Assembly: GCA_030390025.1 (NCBI GenBank)
Contig: CM059432.1
Coordinates: forward strand, 108,626,001-108,690,000
From: Squalus acanthias
Taxonomy: Eukaryota
Length of the DNA: 64,000 nucleotides
Direction of reading: 5' to 3'
Shown: in pieces, positions 11,884 to 23,139 of the stretch
How positions within the stretch are numbered: position 1 is the first letter of the stretch
How the letters are laid out: the number at the start of each line of letters is the position of its first letter
The notes under the pieces: generated by a model
The model's database searches: none
What the model saw: only the letters and a program-made list of their open reading frames with translations
What the model was told of the DNA's origin: nothing
Made by a program: the position numbers and the translations under genes

Positions 11884-14800
11884 TTTTTTTAATTCATTCA
11901 CGGGATGTGGGCGTCGCTGGCAAGGCCAGCATTTATTGCCCATCCCTAATTGCCCTCCAGAAGGTGGTGGTGAGCTGCCTTCTTGAACCGCTGCAGTCCA
12001 TGAGTTGAAGGTACTCCAACAGTGCTGTTAGGTAGGGAGTTCCAGGATTTTGACCCAGCAACGATGAAGGAATGGCAAATTTTTTCCAAGTCAGGATGGT
12101 GTGTGACTTGGAGGGGGACTTGGAGGTGGTGGTGATGGCCTGCTGCCCTTGTCCCGCTAGGTGATAGAGGTCGTGGGTTTGGGAGGTACTGTCAAAGAAG
12201 CCTTGGTGAGTTGCTGCAGTGCATCTTGTAGGTGATGCACACTGCAGCCATGGTACGCCGGTGGTGGAGGGAGTGAATGTTTACGGTGGTGGATGGGGTG
12301 CCAATGAAGCGGGCTGCTTTGTCCTGGATGGTGTCGAGGCAAGTGGAGAGTATTCCATCACACTCCTAACTTGTGCCTCGTAGATGGTGGAAAGGCTTTG
12401 GGGAGTCAGGAGGTGAGACACTCGCCGCAGAATACCCAACCTCTGACCTGCTCTTGTAGCCACAGTATTTATGTGTCTGGCCCAGTTAAGTTTCTGGTCA
12501 ATGGTGACATTCAGGATGTTAATGGTGGGGGTTTCGGCGATGGTAATGTCAAGGGACAGTGGTTAGACTCTCTCTTATTGGAGATAGTTATTGCCTGGCA
12601 CTTGTGTGGCGCGAATGTTACTTGCCACTTATCAGCCCAAGCCTGAATGTTATCCAGGTCTTGCTGCACGTGGGCATGTGCTGCTTCATTACCTGAGGAG
12701 TTGTGAATGAAACTGAACACTATGCAATCATCAGCAAACATCCCCACTTCTGACCTTATGATGGAGGGAGGGTCATTGATGAAGCAGCTGAAGATGGTTG
12801 GGCCTAGGAAACTGCCCTGAGGAACTCCTGCAGCGGTGCCCTGGGGTTAAGATGATTGGCCTCCAACAACCACAACCATCTTCCTTTGTGCCAGGTATGA
12901 CTCCAGCCAGTGGAGCGTTTTCCCCCTGTTTCCCATTGACTTCAATTTTACTAGGGCTCCTTGATGCCACACTCGGTCAGATGCTGCCTTGATATCAAGG
13001 GCAATCACTGTTACCTCACCTCTAGAATTCAACTCTTTTGTCCACGTTTGGAGCAAGGCTGTAATGAAGTCTGGAGCCGATTGGTGCTGGCGGAACCCAA
13101 ACTGAGCATCAGTGAGCAGGTTATTGGTGAGTAAGTGCCTCTTGATAGCACTGTCGATGACACCTTCCATCGCTTTGCTGATGATTGAGAGCAGACTGAT
13201 GGGGCGGTTGGCTGGATTGGAATTGTCCTGCTTTTTTGCGGACAGGACATACCTGGGCACTTTTCCACATTGTTGGGTAGATGCCAGTGTTGTAGCTGTA
13301 CTGGAACAGCTTGGCTAGAGGCGCGGCTAGTTCTGGAGCACAAGTCTTCAGCGCGACAGCCGGGATGTTGTCGGGGCCCATAGCCTTTGCTGTATCCAGT
13401 GCACTCAGCTGTTTCTTACTATCACTTGGAGTGAATCGAATTGGCCGAAGACTGACTTCTGTGATGGTGGGGTCCTCAAGAGGAGGCTGAGATGGATCAT
13501 CCTCTCGGCACTTCTGGCTGAAGGTGGTTGCAAACATTTCAGCCTTATCTTTTGCAGTCGCGTGCTGGTGTGCCATCATTGAGGATGGGGATGTTCATGG
13601 AGCCTCCTCCTCCCGTTAGTTGTTTAATTGTCCACCACCATTCACGACTGGATGTGGCAGGACTGCAGAGCTTTGATCTGATCTGTTGATTGTGGGATCG
13701 CTTAGCCCTGTCTATAGCATGCTGCTTCCGCTGTTTGGCATGCATGTAGTCCTGTGTTGCAGCTTCCCCAGGTTGGCACCTCATTTTTAGGTATGCCTGG
13801 TGCTGCTCCTGGCATGCTCTTCTCTTCTCTTTATTGAACCAGGGTTGGTCCCCTGGCTTGATGGTAATGCTAGAGTGAGGGATATGCCGAGCCATAAGGT
13901 TACAGATTGTGGTGGAATACTATTCTGCTGCTGCTGATGGCCCACAGCACCTCATGGATGCCCAGTTTTGAGCTGTTAGATCTGTTCTGAATCTATCCCA
14001 TTAAGCATGGTAGTAGTGCCACACAACATGATGGAGGGTGTCCTCAATGTGAAGACGATACTTTGTCTCTACAAGGATTACGGTGGTCACTGCTACCAAT
14101 ACTGTCATGGACAGCTGCATCTGCGGCAGATAGATTAGTGAGAACGAGGTCAAGTAGATTTTTCCCTCATGTTGGTTATCTCATCACCTGCCGCAGGCCC
14201 AGTCTCGCAGTTGTGTCTTTCAGGACTCGGCCAGCTCGGTCTGTAATGGTGCTACCGAGCCACTCTTGATGATGGACATTGAAGTCCCCCACCCAGAGTA
14301 CATTCTGTGCCATTGCTACCTTCAGTGCTTCTTCCAAGTTGTGTTCAACATGGAGGAGTGCTGATTCATCAGCTGAGGGAGGACGGTAGGTGGTAATCAG
14401 CAGGAGGTTTCTTTGCCCATGCTTGACCTGAAGTCATGAGACTTCCTGGGGTCTGAAGTCAATGTTGAGGACACCCAGGACTACTCCTTCCGACTATATT
14501 CCAATGTGCTGCCGCCTCTGGTGGGTCTGTCCTGCTGGTGGGACAGTGATGGAGGAGTCTGGGACATATGGTGAAAGGTATGATGCTATGAGTATGACTG
14601 TGTCAGGCTGTTGCTTGACTAGTCTGTGGGACAGCTCTCCCAATTTTGGCACAAGTCCCCAGATATTAGTGAGGAGGACTTTGCAGGGTCAACTGGGCTG
14701 GGTGTGCCTTTGTCATGCCAGAAGCCGGTGCCCTAGGTTGATGACAGGTGTTCCGTTCGGTTTTATTCTTATTGTTTCTCGTAGCAGTTTAGTACAACTG

Positions 14801-15102
14801 AGTGGCTTGCTAGGCCATTTCAGAGGGCAGTTAAGAGTCCACCACCTTGCTGTGGGTCTGGAATTACAGACCATGTGAGGATAGTAGATTTTCTTCCCTA
14901 AAGGATATTAGTGAACCAAATGGGTTTTTATGACAATCCAGTAGTTTCATGGTCACTATTACTGATTCTAGCTTTTTATCCCAGACTTATTTAACTGAAT
15001 TTAAATTCCTCAGCTGCCATGGTGGGATTTGCACTCAGGTCTCTGGATCATTAGTCCAGAGATTACTAGTCCAGTAACATAACCGCTATGCTACCGTACC
15101 CC
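11884..15102 (-). mobile_element. CR1-group LINE with tRNA-like 5' head and a single APE+RT coding region (no ORF1), full length but decayed
   Basis: Head GGGGTACGGTAGCATAGCGGTT..GAGTGCAAATCCC; APE start VLLTNIWGLVPK ~14680; RT QFGFR, LDIKAA.DRVWH, FADD; 3' end ..CCCACATCCCGTGAATGAATT-polyA. Confidence 0.88.
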
Positions 15103-15113
15103 TTAACTAAGAT

Positions 15114-15320
15114 GTTAGCTGTGGCTCAGTGATAGCATGCTCTCTTCTGAGTCAGAATGTTGTTGGTTCAAACCCCACTCCGGAGACTTGAGCACAAAAT
15201 CTAGGTTGCTACTTCAGTGCAGTACTGAGGGAGCGCTGTATTGAAAGATGCACTGTCTTTCAGATGAGATTTTAAACTGAAGCCCCGTCTGCCTTTTCAG
15301 GTGGATGTAAAAGATCCATT
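15114..15320 (+). mobile_element. tRNA-derived Deu-domain SINE, 5' half
   Basis: A box TGGCTCAGTG, B box GGTTCAAACC, core GATGAGA..TTAAAC.GA.GCCCCGTCTG. Confidence 0.85.
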
Positions 15321-15333
15321 ATCTGCTCATTAT

Positions 15334-15450
15334 TGTGATATTTTGAGACACAGCAAATATATACAACAGCACACCATGGCTTCCAGTAAGAACTGTACTG
15401 CACATGGCTTTATTATATACATCAGTAGTCCACCAGGTGGCTCTATTACA
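15334..15450 (-). repeat. 3' LTR (117 bp)
   Basis: Direct repeat of 20611-20730; adjacent polypurine tract AAAGAGGGAGAAG on the minus strand. Confidence 0.95.
15430..15441 (+). promoter_or_regulatory. CTCF-type core motif in LTR (second copy 20710-20721)
   Basis: TAGTCCACCAGGTGGCTCT closely matches the CTCF consensus (CCACCAG[G/A]TGGC core); binding untested. Confidence 0.55.
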
Positions 15451-15784
15451 CTTCTCCCTCTTTATTGAAGAAGTTAATCATAGCAAATAATCATTGTACA
15501 TGACTTGCATGGTATACACAACTCTTGGTATACATTTCTCAAATGGAACCCATTTTATGTTTCCAAATTCTATACTAGAATTCTGTAACACAAACAAAAG
15601 ATATGAACTTATTTTCCATATTTACAGATTAAACGTAACCACTGGTTTTCTGTTTCGAAGAGGATACCTTCTTTCTTGAACAGAACTTTCAGATCTTGTA
15701 GGACTTTGACTCATTCTAGGCTGAGCCTGCGGATAATTTTTCTCCAAGGGCTGACCTTGATCTACATTTGGACTCTCTACACTT

Positions 15785-18700
15785 TCAGACTATTTGTCTC
15801 AGGCTCAGACTTAAATTCTGACTTTGTCTTGGACTTGTTTCTGGTATGTCTGATGTAGGATTTGCTACTGGTACTCTACTTGTAACAAGACTATTTGACT
15901 CATCAGAATAAATTGAATCATCCCAGCTTCCAACTCCTTCCATAGCTGTAGGTAAGATATGATCAATGTGAACAAACCTAACCTTTTCATGATCAAACAT
16001 CTTGACCAAATATGTGCGAGGGTCACATATCTTCACTACTCTTCCTGGTAACCACTTTAACCATTTATGGTGATGGTTCTTCACTCTAACCTTCTGGTTC
16101 AACTTCACACTTTTCTCTCTAACTTTACCTTTATCATGACTCTCTTTCTCCCTTGATTGTCTCTCTTCTACAGACTATGCCAAGTTTGGCTTTAACAATG
16201 AGAACCTAGTTCGTGGCTGTTGTTTGAGAAACAACTCTGCTGGTTTTCTACCAGTAGTAGTTTGAGGAGTATCTGCCAGTTTATGGTCCAACGACAACTG
16301 ATGTTTCTTTGGATTTGGATCCAACATTTGCTTGATGAGGGCACGTTTGACAATTTGTACTGTACGCTCTGCTGCACCATTTGAAGCAAGGTGGTACGGT
16401 GGAACTTTGGTATGTTTCACACCGTTTCTGCTCATGAACTGTCTGAACAAAATTGCAGCCCATTATCAGACACAATTCCTTCTGGGAGGCCGTATGAAGA
16501 AAGCAATCTTCGCAAATTGTCTAGTGTTTTGCTTGTTGTTATTATCCGCATCAGAAACACCCCTACCCACTTCGAGTGACTATCTATCACTATGAACAAT
16601 TCTAGCTCAGCAAAATCTACATGTAACCTTTGCCAGACTCTGGGAGGCCATTTCCATGGCTGTAATGGTACTGATGGTGGTTTCTTGCTCACCTATTGGC
16701 ATGTTGTACACTGACTGACTATGTGCTCTGTCTCTTTATCTAAACCTGGCCACCATAAGTAACTACGTGCAAAGCTCTTGGTCAAGCATATTCCCAGGTG
16801 CTGGTCATGAAGATCTCCTAACAATTTAGACCTGAACCTATTTGAGATAACCACTCTTGCTCCGCACATGATACAATCTTTATCCACTGACAATTCATTC
16901 CTACGAACGAAGTATGGGTGGATATCTTCCTCTGATACCTGGTTTGACCATCCATTTGCTATGTAATCATACACCTTTGACATAATTGGGTCACGTTTGG
17001 TTGCCCTACCAATCTCTTCAGCTGTGACTGGCAGCTCATCAATGCATGAGAAATAGAACACTTCTTCCTTATTGGGTGTAACTTGTGATGGGAATGGCAA
17101 CTTGGACATAGCATCAGCATTACTGTAATCAGCTGATCAACTGTACTCAATGTCATATGTATACGCTGACAAAATCAAAGCCCATCTCTGCATTCGGGCT
17201 GCAGCCAAAGTTGGAGATGGGGACTTTGGATGGAGGATTGCTGTCGGGCTTATGGTCAGTAACTATGGTAAACTTACGACCAAACAAGTATTTGTGAAAC
17301 TTCTTGACCCCAAAAATCAATGACAAAGCTTCCCTTTCGATCTGCGCGTAATTCCACTCACTGGTACTGAGAGTGCGTGAAGCAAAAGCAATTGGTCTCT
17401 CCTCCCCACTATCTAGTACATGAGAGATCACTGCCCCAACTCCATACGGAGAGGTGTCACACGCTAACTTGATCTCCTTAGATACATCATCGTGAACTAA
17501 CATGGTACTCTCTACTAACTGGCTTTTACACTCTTTGAATGCTGTGTCGCATTCTTTTGACCACTTCCAAGGGACCTGTTTTCTCAACAGCTCATTCAGT
17601 GGATGTAACAATGTAGCCAAGTTTGGGAGGAATGTTCCGTAATAATTCAAAAGACCCAAAAATGATCGAAGTTCAGAGACATTCTTGGGAGTGGGTGCAT
17701 TTCTGATTGCATCCAGCTTTCCCTTGATTGGATGTAAACCATCTTTGTCTACTCTGTGCCCATAGTACTCCACTGAGTTTTGAAACAACTCACACTTGTG
17801 AGCTGTCACTCGTACTCCGTGCTTCTCTCGCCGTTTGAGCACTTCATTCGACACCTCATCATGGATTTGCCTGTTTGGTGCTGAAATGAGTATGTCATCC
17901 AAATAACACACTACCCCTTCAATCCCTTGCAAAATTTGGTTCATCACCCCTGGAATATGTCAGGGGCAGAAGACACTCCAAAAAGCCTATTGAACTGATA
18001 TAGGCCTCGGTGAGTATTTATAGTCAAGCATGACTTAGACTCTTCATCTAACTCAAGTTGCAGGTAGGTGTTTGTTAGATCTAACTTCGAAAAGATCTGG
18101 CCACTTGTCAGCGTTGTGAACAAATCTTCCACATTTGGCAACGTATTGGGTAGATTACACTCTAGAACCTGGTTTACGGTTACCTTATAATCACCACACA
18201 ACTTTACCTTACCATCTGACTTAGGTACAACAACAATGGTTGTAGCCCAATTACTCAGATCTACCTTAGAGATAATGGCCCAAAAAGTCGGCCGTTCTCG
18301 GGTGAGTACTCAGTCCGTACTCACCCGTATTCATTCCCGAAGTGCTGGTTTCCTGCATGCACTGCGCATGCGCGGGAAACCGGCACTTCCGGTATGGCGA
18401 AGGGGGCGGTTCCTAGGTGAACCGCGTGCGCACTAGAGGCTGTGCGCACGCAGCACACTTAGATTTTTTTTCAGGTTTCAACGCGAGGGTAAGTATTGAA
18501 GAAACTACGCTAGTAAAAAGGAGGCGTAAGACCCCTTTTGAACAAGGTAAGTAGTTAATTAAGTATAATTTTAAATTTTTTTCAACAGGTTTATCTTTTT
18601 TAGAGACTTTAAAGAAAGGTAAGTTTATTTTTATAACTTTTAAAAAGTATTTTAATATTTTCAAAAATTTAAATTTTTGTTTAAAGTGGTTAATTTATTT

Positions 18701-19518
18701 AACTATAGTTATTTTATTAATGTGATGGGTTTAAAAAAAAAATTATTTGAGGTTTAGCTGTTCTTTTGGGGCCAATTTCAATTCATAGATTTGACAGGTC
18801 TCCTGTCAAATCTATGAATGAAAGATGGTCTGCTGCCATTGGCTCTCCATGGCCCACGTGATCCCAGGGGTCGCATCCCACTAACTGCGCCCCTGGAACA
18901 CGCAAGCACTGCGCGCCGGCACCAGGGAGAGGCCCGGGACCCGAAGTTCCTGTGGGCCCGAAACACAACGGCAGGCGCGGTAGGTGATATCGCGCGCGAT
19001 CCTTACCCCCGCGGCAAGCCTCCGAATCGAATTTCTAGGCCAATGTTCTCAGTTTCTAGTCTTTTGAGTTCTTGCTCAACTTTCTCCTTGAGTGGGTATG
19101 GTACGGGACGTGGCTTGCAGTAAACTAGTCTTGCGTCCTTCTGCACTCTGACACTCACCTTGAAGTCTTGGATCGGACTGCCTGTTTTGCTGAACACCTT
19201 TGGATACTGCTTGATGACATCATCTTTCGGTGCAAATTTCGCTTCCACACGAAAAATCTCATTCCAATCCAGCTTCAGTGATCACAAACAATTTCTACCT
19301 ATCAAGGCAGGCTTGTCTCCTGCCACTACTATGAGAGGGAAGCTCTGACCCTGATCCTTGTATTTCACTGGTATGGTGACACTTCCTACGATAGGGATTT
19401 GCTCTCTTGAGTAGCCTCGCAGCTCTACCTTCGATTTCTCTAGTCGATAATCACGCAACTTGTCGCGATATAGTGATTCCAGTACGATGCTCACGGAAGC
19501 ACTAGTGTCGATTTCCAT
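15785..19518 (-). pseudogene. Gypsy pol (protease, RT, RNase H, integrase), frameshifted and split by a MITE
   Basis: IDTSAS protease; CGDYK, KLDL, YLDD RT; ACDTSPYGVGAV..YAQIERE RNase H; H..HLG..C..C, HVDF, VSDNG, SNGAAER integrase. Confidence 0.93.
18277..19041. mobile_element. ~760-bp Harbinger-type MITE (family C) inserted in the Gypsy RT
   Basis: TIRs GGCCCAAAAAGTCG / CGAATTTCTAGGCC; TSD AAT; removing it restores ENI|ISKVD. Confidence 0.92.
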
Positions 19519-19541
19519 GGGTATCCTGGTTCCTACGACAT

Positions 19542-20429
19542 CTACTTGGATGACAATACCTCGCGAATCTCCAGAAACTCCTCGTCCTGTTGCTTCTCTT
19601 CAACGGTATGTAGTGTCTGGCGATTTCTACTTCTAGCATTGCCAGTCGGTTTACTCTTCTGTCGGCATGCCTTTGAGAGATGCCCAGTTTTCTTGCAGTA
19701 GAAACACTCTGCCTTCACATATGGACAGCTTTGATCGATGTGTTGTCCCAGGCACTGATAGCACGACTTCAATGCACTGTTACCTTGTCCAGTTGCTGAG
19801 GTCTTGGGGCCCAACTGCCTTTTACTTTTAGCCTGCAGCCGATTCACATCGGTTGTCTGACGACTGGAAATGGCGTGGAACTCTCGGGAGTATCGGTCGG
19901 CCATATCCATCGACATAGCTGTCTGACAAGCTAAGTCAAAAGTCAAGTTAGGGGTTGTCAACAATTTACTTCTGATACGTTCATTTTTCAACCCACAAGC
20001 AAAGCGGTCACGCAAAGCTCGGTCCTGAAAGTTTCTGAAATGACAGTGAATGGATAGCTTTTTTAAAGTTACAATGTAATCACTGATACCCTCGTCATTT
20101 AATTGATCACGTGTTCCAAAACGATAACTTTCAGCAATTTCCAGGGGCTCAGGACTGTAGTGCTGCTCTAACTTGGTTAGGATCTCCTTCAATGGCGTGT
20201 CCTTCGGCTTGGCGGGAACAAGCACATTTTTCAGGGTTTCGTACACCTCGGGGCCTGCTTCAGTCAAAAAAATAGCCCGTTTCATTTCTAAAACTGCCCG
20301 GTTATGGTTTATATCATTGGGGACTTCAACAATACTATTCGCGATTAAAAATATTTCTAGCCATTCCACATACGCTCCGAAGGTCTGTCGGTCACGATGG
20401 AACTCACCCAAGTGCCCTATTATTCCCAT
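19542..20429 (-). CDS. Gypsy Gag (still open, 295 aa)
   Basis: MGIIGHLGEF..LRDRFACGL; two knuckles CYQCLGQHIDQSC and CFYCKKTGHLSKAC. Confidence 0.85.
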   Translation of the reverse strand: MGIIGHLGEFHRDRQTFGAYVEWLEIFLIANSIVEVPNDINHNRAVLEMKRAIFLTEAGPEVYETLKNVLVPAKPKDTPLKEILTKLEQHYSPEPLEIAESYRFGTRDQLNDEGISDYIVTLKKLSIHCHFRNFQDRALRDRFACGLKNERIRSKLLTTPNLTFDLACQTAMSMDMADRYSREFHAISSRQTTDVNRLQAKSKRQLGPKTSATGQGNSALKSCYQCLGQHIDQSCPYVKAECFYCKKTGHLSKACRQKSKPTGNARSRNRQTLHTVEEKQQDEEFLEIREVLSSK

Positions 20430-20589
20430 AGTCCCATCTGGACTCTGGCAACGTCGACAGTTCAGCCACGTGTGCTCGAAATTTACCTCAGATTTTTAAG
20501 TTTTTCTGCAAAACAAAGAACCTCTAACAGTCCCTCCGTCAGTTGGCAGGATTATCCTCCAACAAAAATTTCAGCAAGGGAATCCGCAA

Positions 20590-20606
20590 TCGCATCCTTA
20601 TCGCCA
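20590..20606 (-). promoter_or_regulatory. Primer-binding site, tRNA-Ser-like
   Basis: TGGCGATAAGGATG 4 nt after the 5' LTR resembles TGGCGACGAGGATG, the complement of a tRNA-Ser 3' end. Confidence 0.7.
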
Positions 20607-20610
20607 ATTC

Positions 20611-20730
20611 TGTGATATCTTGAGACACAGCATATATATACAACAGCACAACATGGCTTCCGGTAAGAACTGTACTGCATATGGCTTTATTATTATATAC
20701 ATCAGTAGTCCACCAGGTGGCTCTGTTACA
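20611..20730 (-). repeat. 5' LTR (120 bp)
   Basis: Differs from the 3' LTR by 6 substitutions and one 3-bp indel (manual count). Confidence 0.95.
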
Positions 20731-22209
20731 ATTATCTCATTGCTGTCATTGTGCATATGCATCAGTGTTCTTCTGTAGGCCGCCCCGTCGAAGAACTCAT
20801 CTGAGTCCTGTGCAGCAGAACTCGTGTGTGACCTCTCCCTCCAGCGAGCTGGCACCTGCGCTACCCTTTTCCCCCTGCCCTGGCTGCAGGCCAGTCATGC
20901 TCGGTGTCTCACCATGTGCAGATCCTGCGTCTAACCTATCCTCTAAAGTACGCAGAGTGTCAGTATCTGAGATGGTGTCTGGGAGTGTGAAATCGAGTGA
21001 CGGTGCTGTGTGTTCTGCATCACTGCATTCTTTCTCTTGCATTTCATGCTCTTCCACCAGCGCCTGGCCAGGATGCAGTTCTTGGCTATCTGAAAGGAGA
21101 ACGGCACAAGGGTAACATTGTGGGGGTGCGGGGGAAAGCATGAGCTGCATGCTTACACCATCTGCAGCTTGTAAATCAGAAGTGATTGTGGGATGAGAGG
21201 GAAGTGGGATGTGCGAAGGAGGATTAGCTCAACTGATTCAGCCCCACCGCTGACCATGGCCTCGGCAGTGTCCCTCCCAATAATGGCCAGCACCGTATCC
21301 CCCATTGGGGTAAGGTTATGTAGGTGTGCCTGTGTCCTTCGGGTAGCCCCTGCTGCCTCCTGTTATGTGCCACCTTCTCCTGCAAGAAAGAAGGAAGTGT
21401 GTCAGTGAGTGTCGTGCAATCTGTTTGGGTGATGTGGCTGTCATGGTTGAATAGCTGGCAGTGTGTGCAAGCTGTGAGATGTAGGTGTGAGGCTTGCAGC
21501 AATGCTAAGTGTGTGAGGGTGAGGTGAAGCTATGCATGTTAGGTATATGAGTCATGATTGATAGAGATTGTTGGTAGGTGAATGAAGGGGGGGTTGGTGG
21601 TGAATTGAGCAGTGTCTGAGCCGAGTGGTTCAGTTGTAGGGATATGGCATTTGAGGATGAATTCACTGACCTTGACCACTCGTGTGAGGTCTTGTGGCAC
21701 TGCATCCAGGTCCTTGGGACTACAATGCACGCTTTGACCGTGATGGCTATCTGGTCCCATTGCCATCTCACAGTTTGTCTGTTGAGCCTCCTGGGCCCCC
21801 TGTCGATAGAGGAGCTTTCTTCTCTTGTTCACCTGCTGCACCAAGGCCTCCAGTGCTGCGTTTGAAAATCTGGGAGCTCTCTCTCTGCCATGTTCTGCCA
21901 TTATGCAGTTTTCTTGCTCCTCAGTCTGTTTCCCAGCCACTTCCACCACCTGCTGAATCCAGAATGCACCTCCCTTTAAGAGTTGCAAGCCGCCTTTAAG
22001 AAGTGCAGGCTAGCTTTAATTGGTGCTAGTCATGCCCAAACTTGTGGCCTCTGCTGAGGCACTAAGCCACTGAACTGCGCATTTAGCGCTTCCTTACCGC
22101 TGCAATCATTTTATTTAACAGGCAGCATGAAGTTTGCGTGCTGCCTGCATCGGACTCAACGGGCGCAGATACTCGCGCCCGCTTTCAGGCCTTATCCAAT
22201 TTCTAGCCC

Positions 22210-22695
22210 CTTTACTCTTATACTCTTAATACCTTTGGAATAAAGGCTAACATACCATTTGCTTTCCTAATTTTCTGTTTCATGTACAAGGACACCCAGG
22301 TCCCTCTGAATACCAACATTTCCCAGTCTCTCACCTTTTAAAAAAATATTCTGCTGTTCTATTTTTCCTTCCAAAGTTCAGAACTTCACTTTTCTCCAAA
22401 TTATATTCCATCTGCCACATTCCTGCCTACTCACTTAACCTGTCTATATCCCTTTGCAGCCTCTTTGTGTTCTCCTCACAGCTTACTTTCCCACCTAGCT
22501 TTGTATTGTCAGCAAACTTGAATACATTACACTCGGTTCCCTCATCTAAGTCATTGATATAGATTGTAAATAGCTGAGGTCCAAACACTGATCCTTGCGG
22601 TACCCCACTAGTTACAGCCTACCAACCTGAAAATGACCCATTTATTCCTACTCTCTGTTTTCTGTCCGTTAACAACCAATTAAAACCGTTAACCA
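22210..22695 (-). mobile_element. CR1 RT fragment, continuation of 7460-8037
   Basis: DRKQRVGINGSFSGW, GVPQGSV, KFAD motifs on the minus strand. Confidence 0.88.
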
Positions 22696-23000
22696 GTAAA
22701 TAAGGAGAAACAGGTGGGTCGGTAGCCAGAGGACACAGATTTAAGTTAATTGGCAAAAGAATCAGAGGGGAGATGAGGAGAATTTTTTTTACGTAGTGAG
22801 TTGATATTATATGGAATGCCCTGCCTGAAAGGGTGCCAGAAGCAGATTTAATAGTAACTTTCAAAATATATACTTGAAAAGGAAAAATTTGCAGGGCTAT
22901 GAGGAAAGAACTAGAGAGTAGGACTAATTGGATAGCTCTTTCAAAGATCTGGCACGGTGGTTGGAATGGCCTCCTTCTGTGCTGTAAGATCTATGATGTT
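22696..23000 (+). mobile_element. Old CR1 3' end, continuation of 7070-7459
   Basis: agaggacacagatttaag..tggaatgccctgcctgaaagggtg; AGTAA duplicated at the junctions. Confidence 0.75.
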
Positions 23001-23139
23001 AGAATAGGAAAATAAAAGGTGGCCAGGACTGATACTATGATGAAACCACACAAGGATCTTCACTTCATATTCTGTGCTCTGAAACCTATAGGAGTGTAAG
23101 TGCTGCAGACTGGTTGTAACTGGGTAGTGAATCACTAAA

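Larger units (their letters stand above)
15334..20730 (-). mobile_element. Gypsy/Ty3 LTR retrotransposon (Mag-like), full length, decayed
   Basis: TG..CA LTRs; 5-bp TSD ATTAT; PBS; PPT; gag-PR-RT-RH-IN domain order. Confidence 0.95.
11435..21901 (-). pseudogene. Family-B Myb/SANT-like gene, spliced and fragmented by LINE, SINE and Gypsy insertions
   Basis: Exon 1 21901-21671 (MAEHGRERAPRFSNAALEALV..W..I..RTWMQC); exon 2 from 21379 (EKVAHNRR); exon 3 from 21089; C-terminus ~11880-11435. Confidence 0.75.
8038..22209 (+). mobile_element. PIF/Harbinger transposon family B, expanded to 14 kb by nested insertions
   Basis: TIRs GGGCTAGAAATT / AATTTCTAGCCC; 3-bp TSD CTT; transposase (+) and Myb/SANT (-) remnants. 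Confidence 0.92.

Noticed and set aside
11234..11986. 250-aa plus-strand ORF
   Set aside because: It spans transposon UTR, antisense Myb sequence and a LINE tail; a chance open frame across junctions.
15020..15190. Two back-to-back tRNA-like sequences as tRNA genes
   Set aside because: They are the heads of the LINE (minus) and a SINE (plus); no complete cloverleaf.
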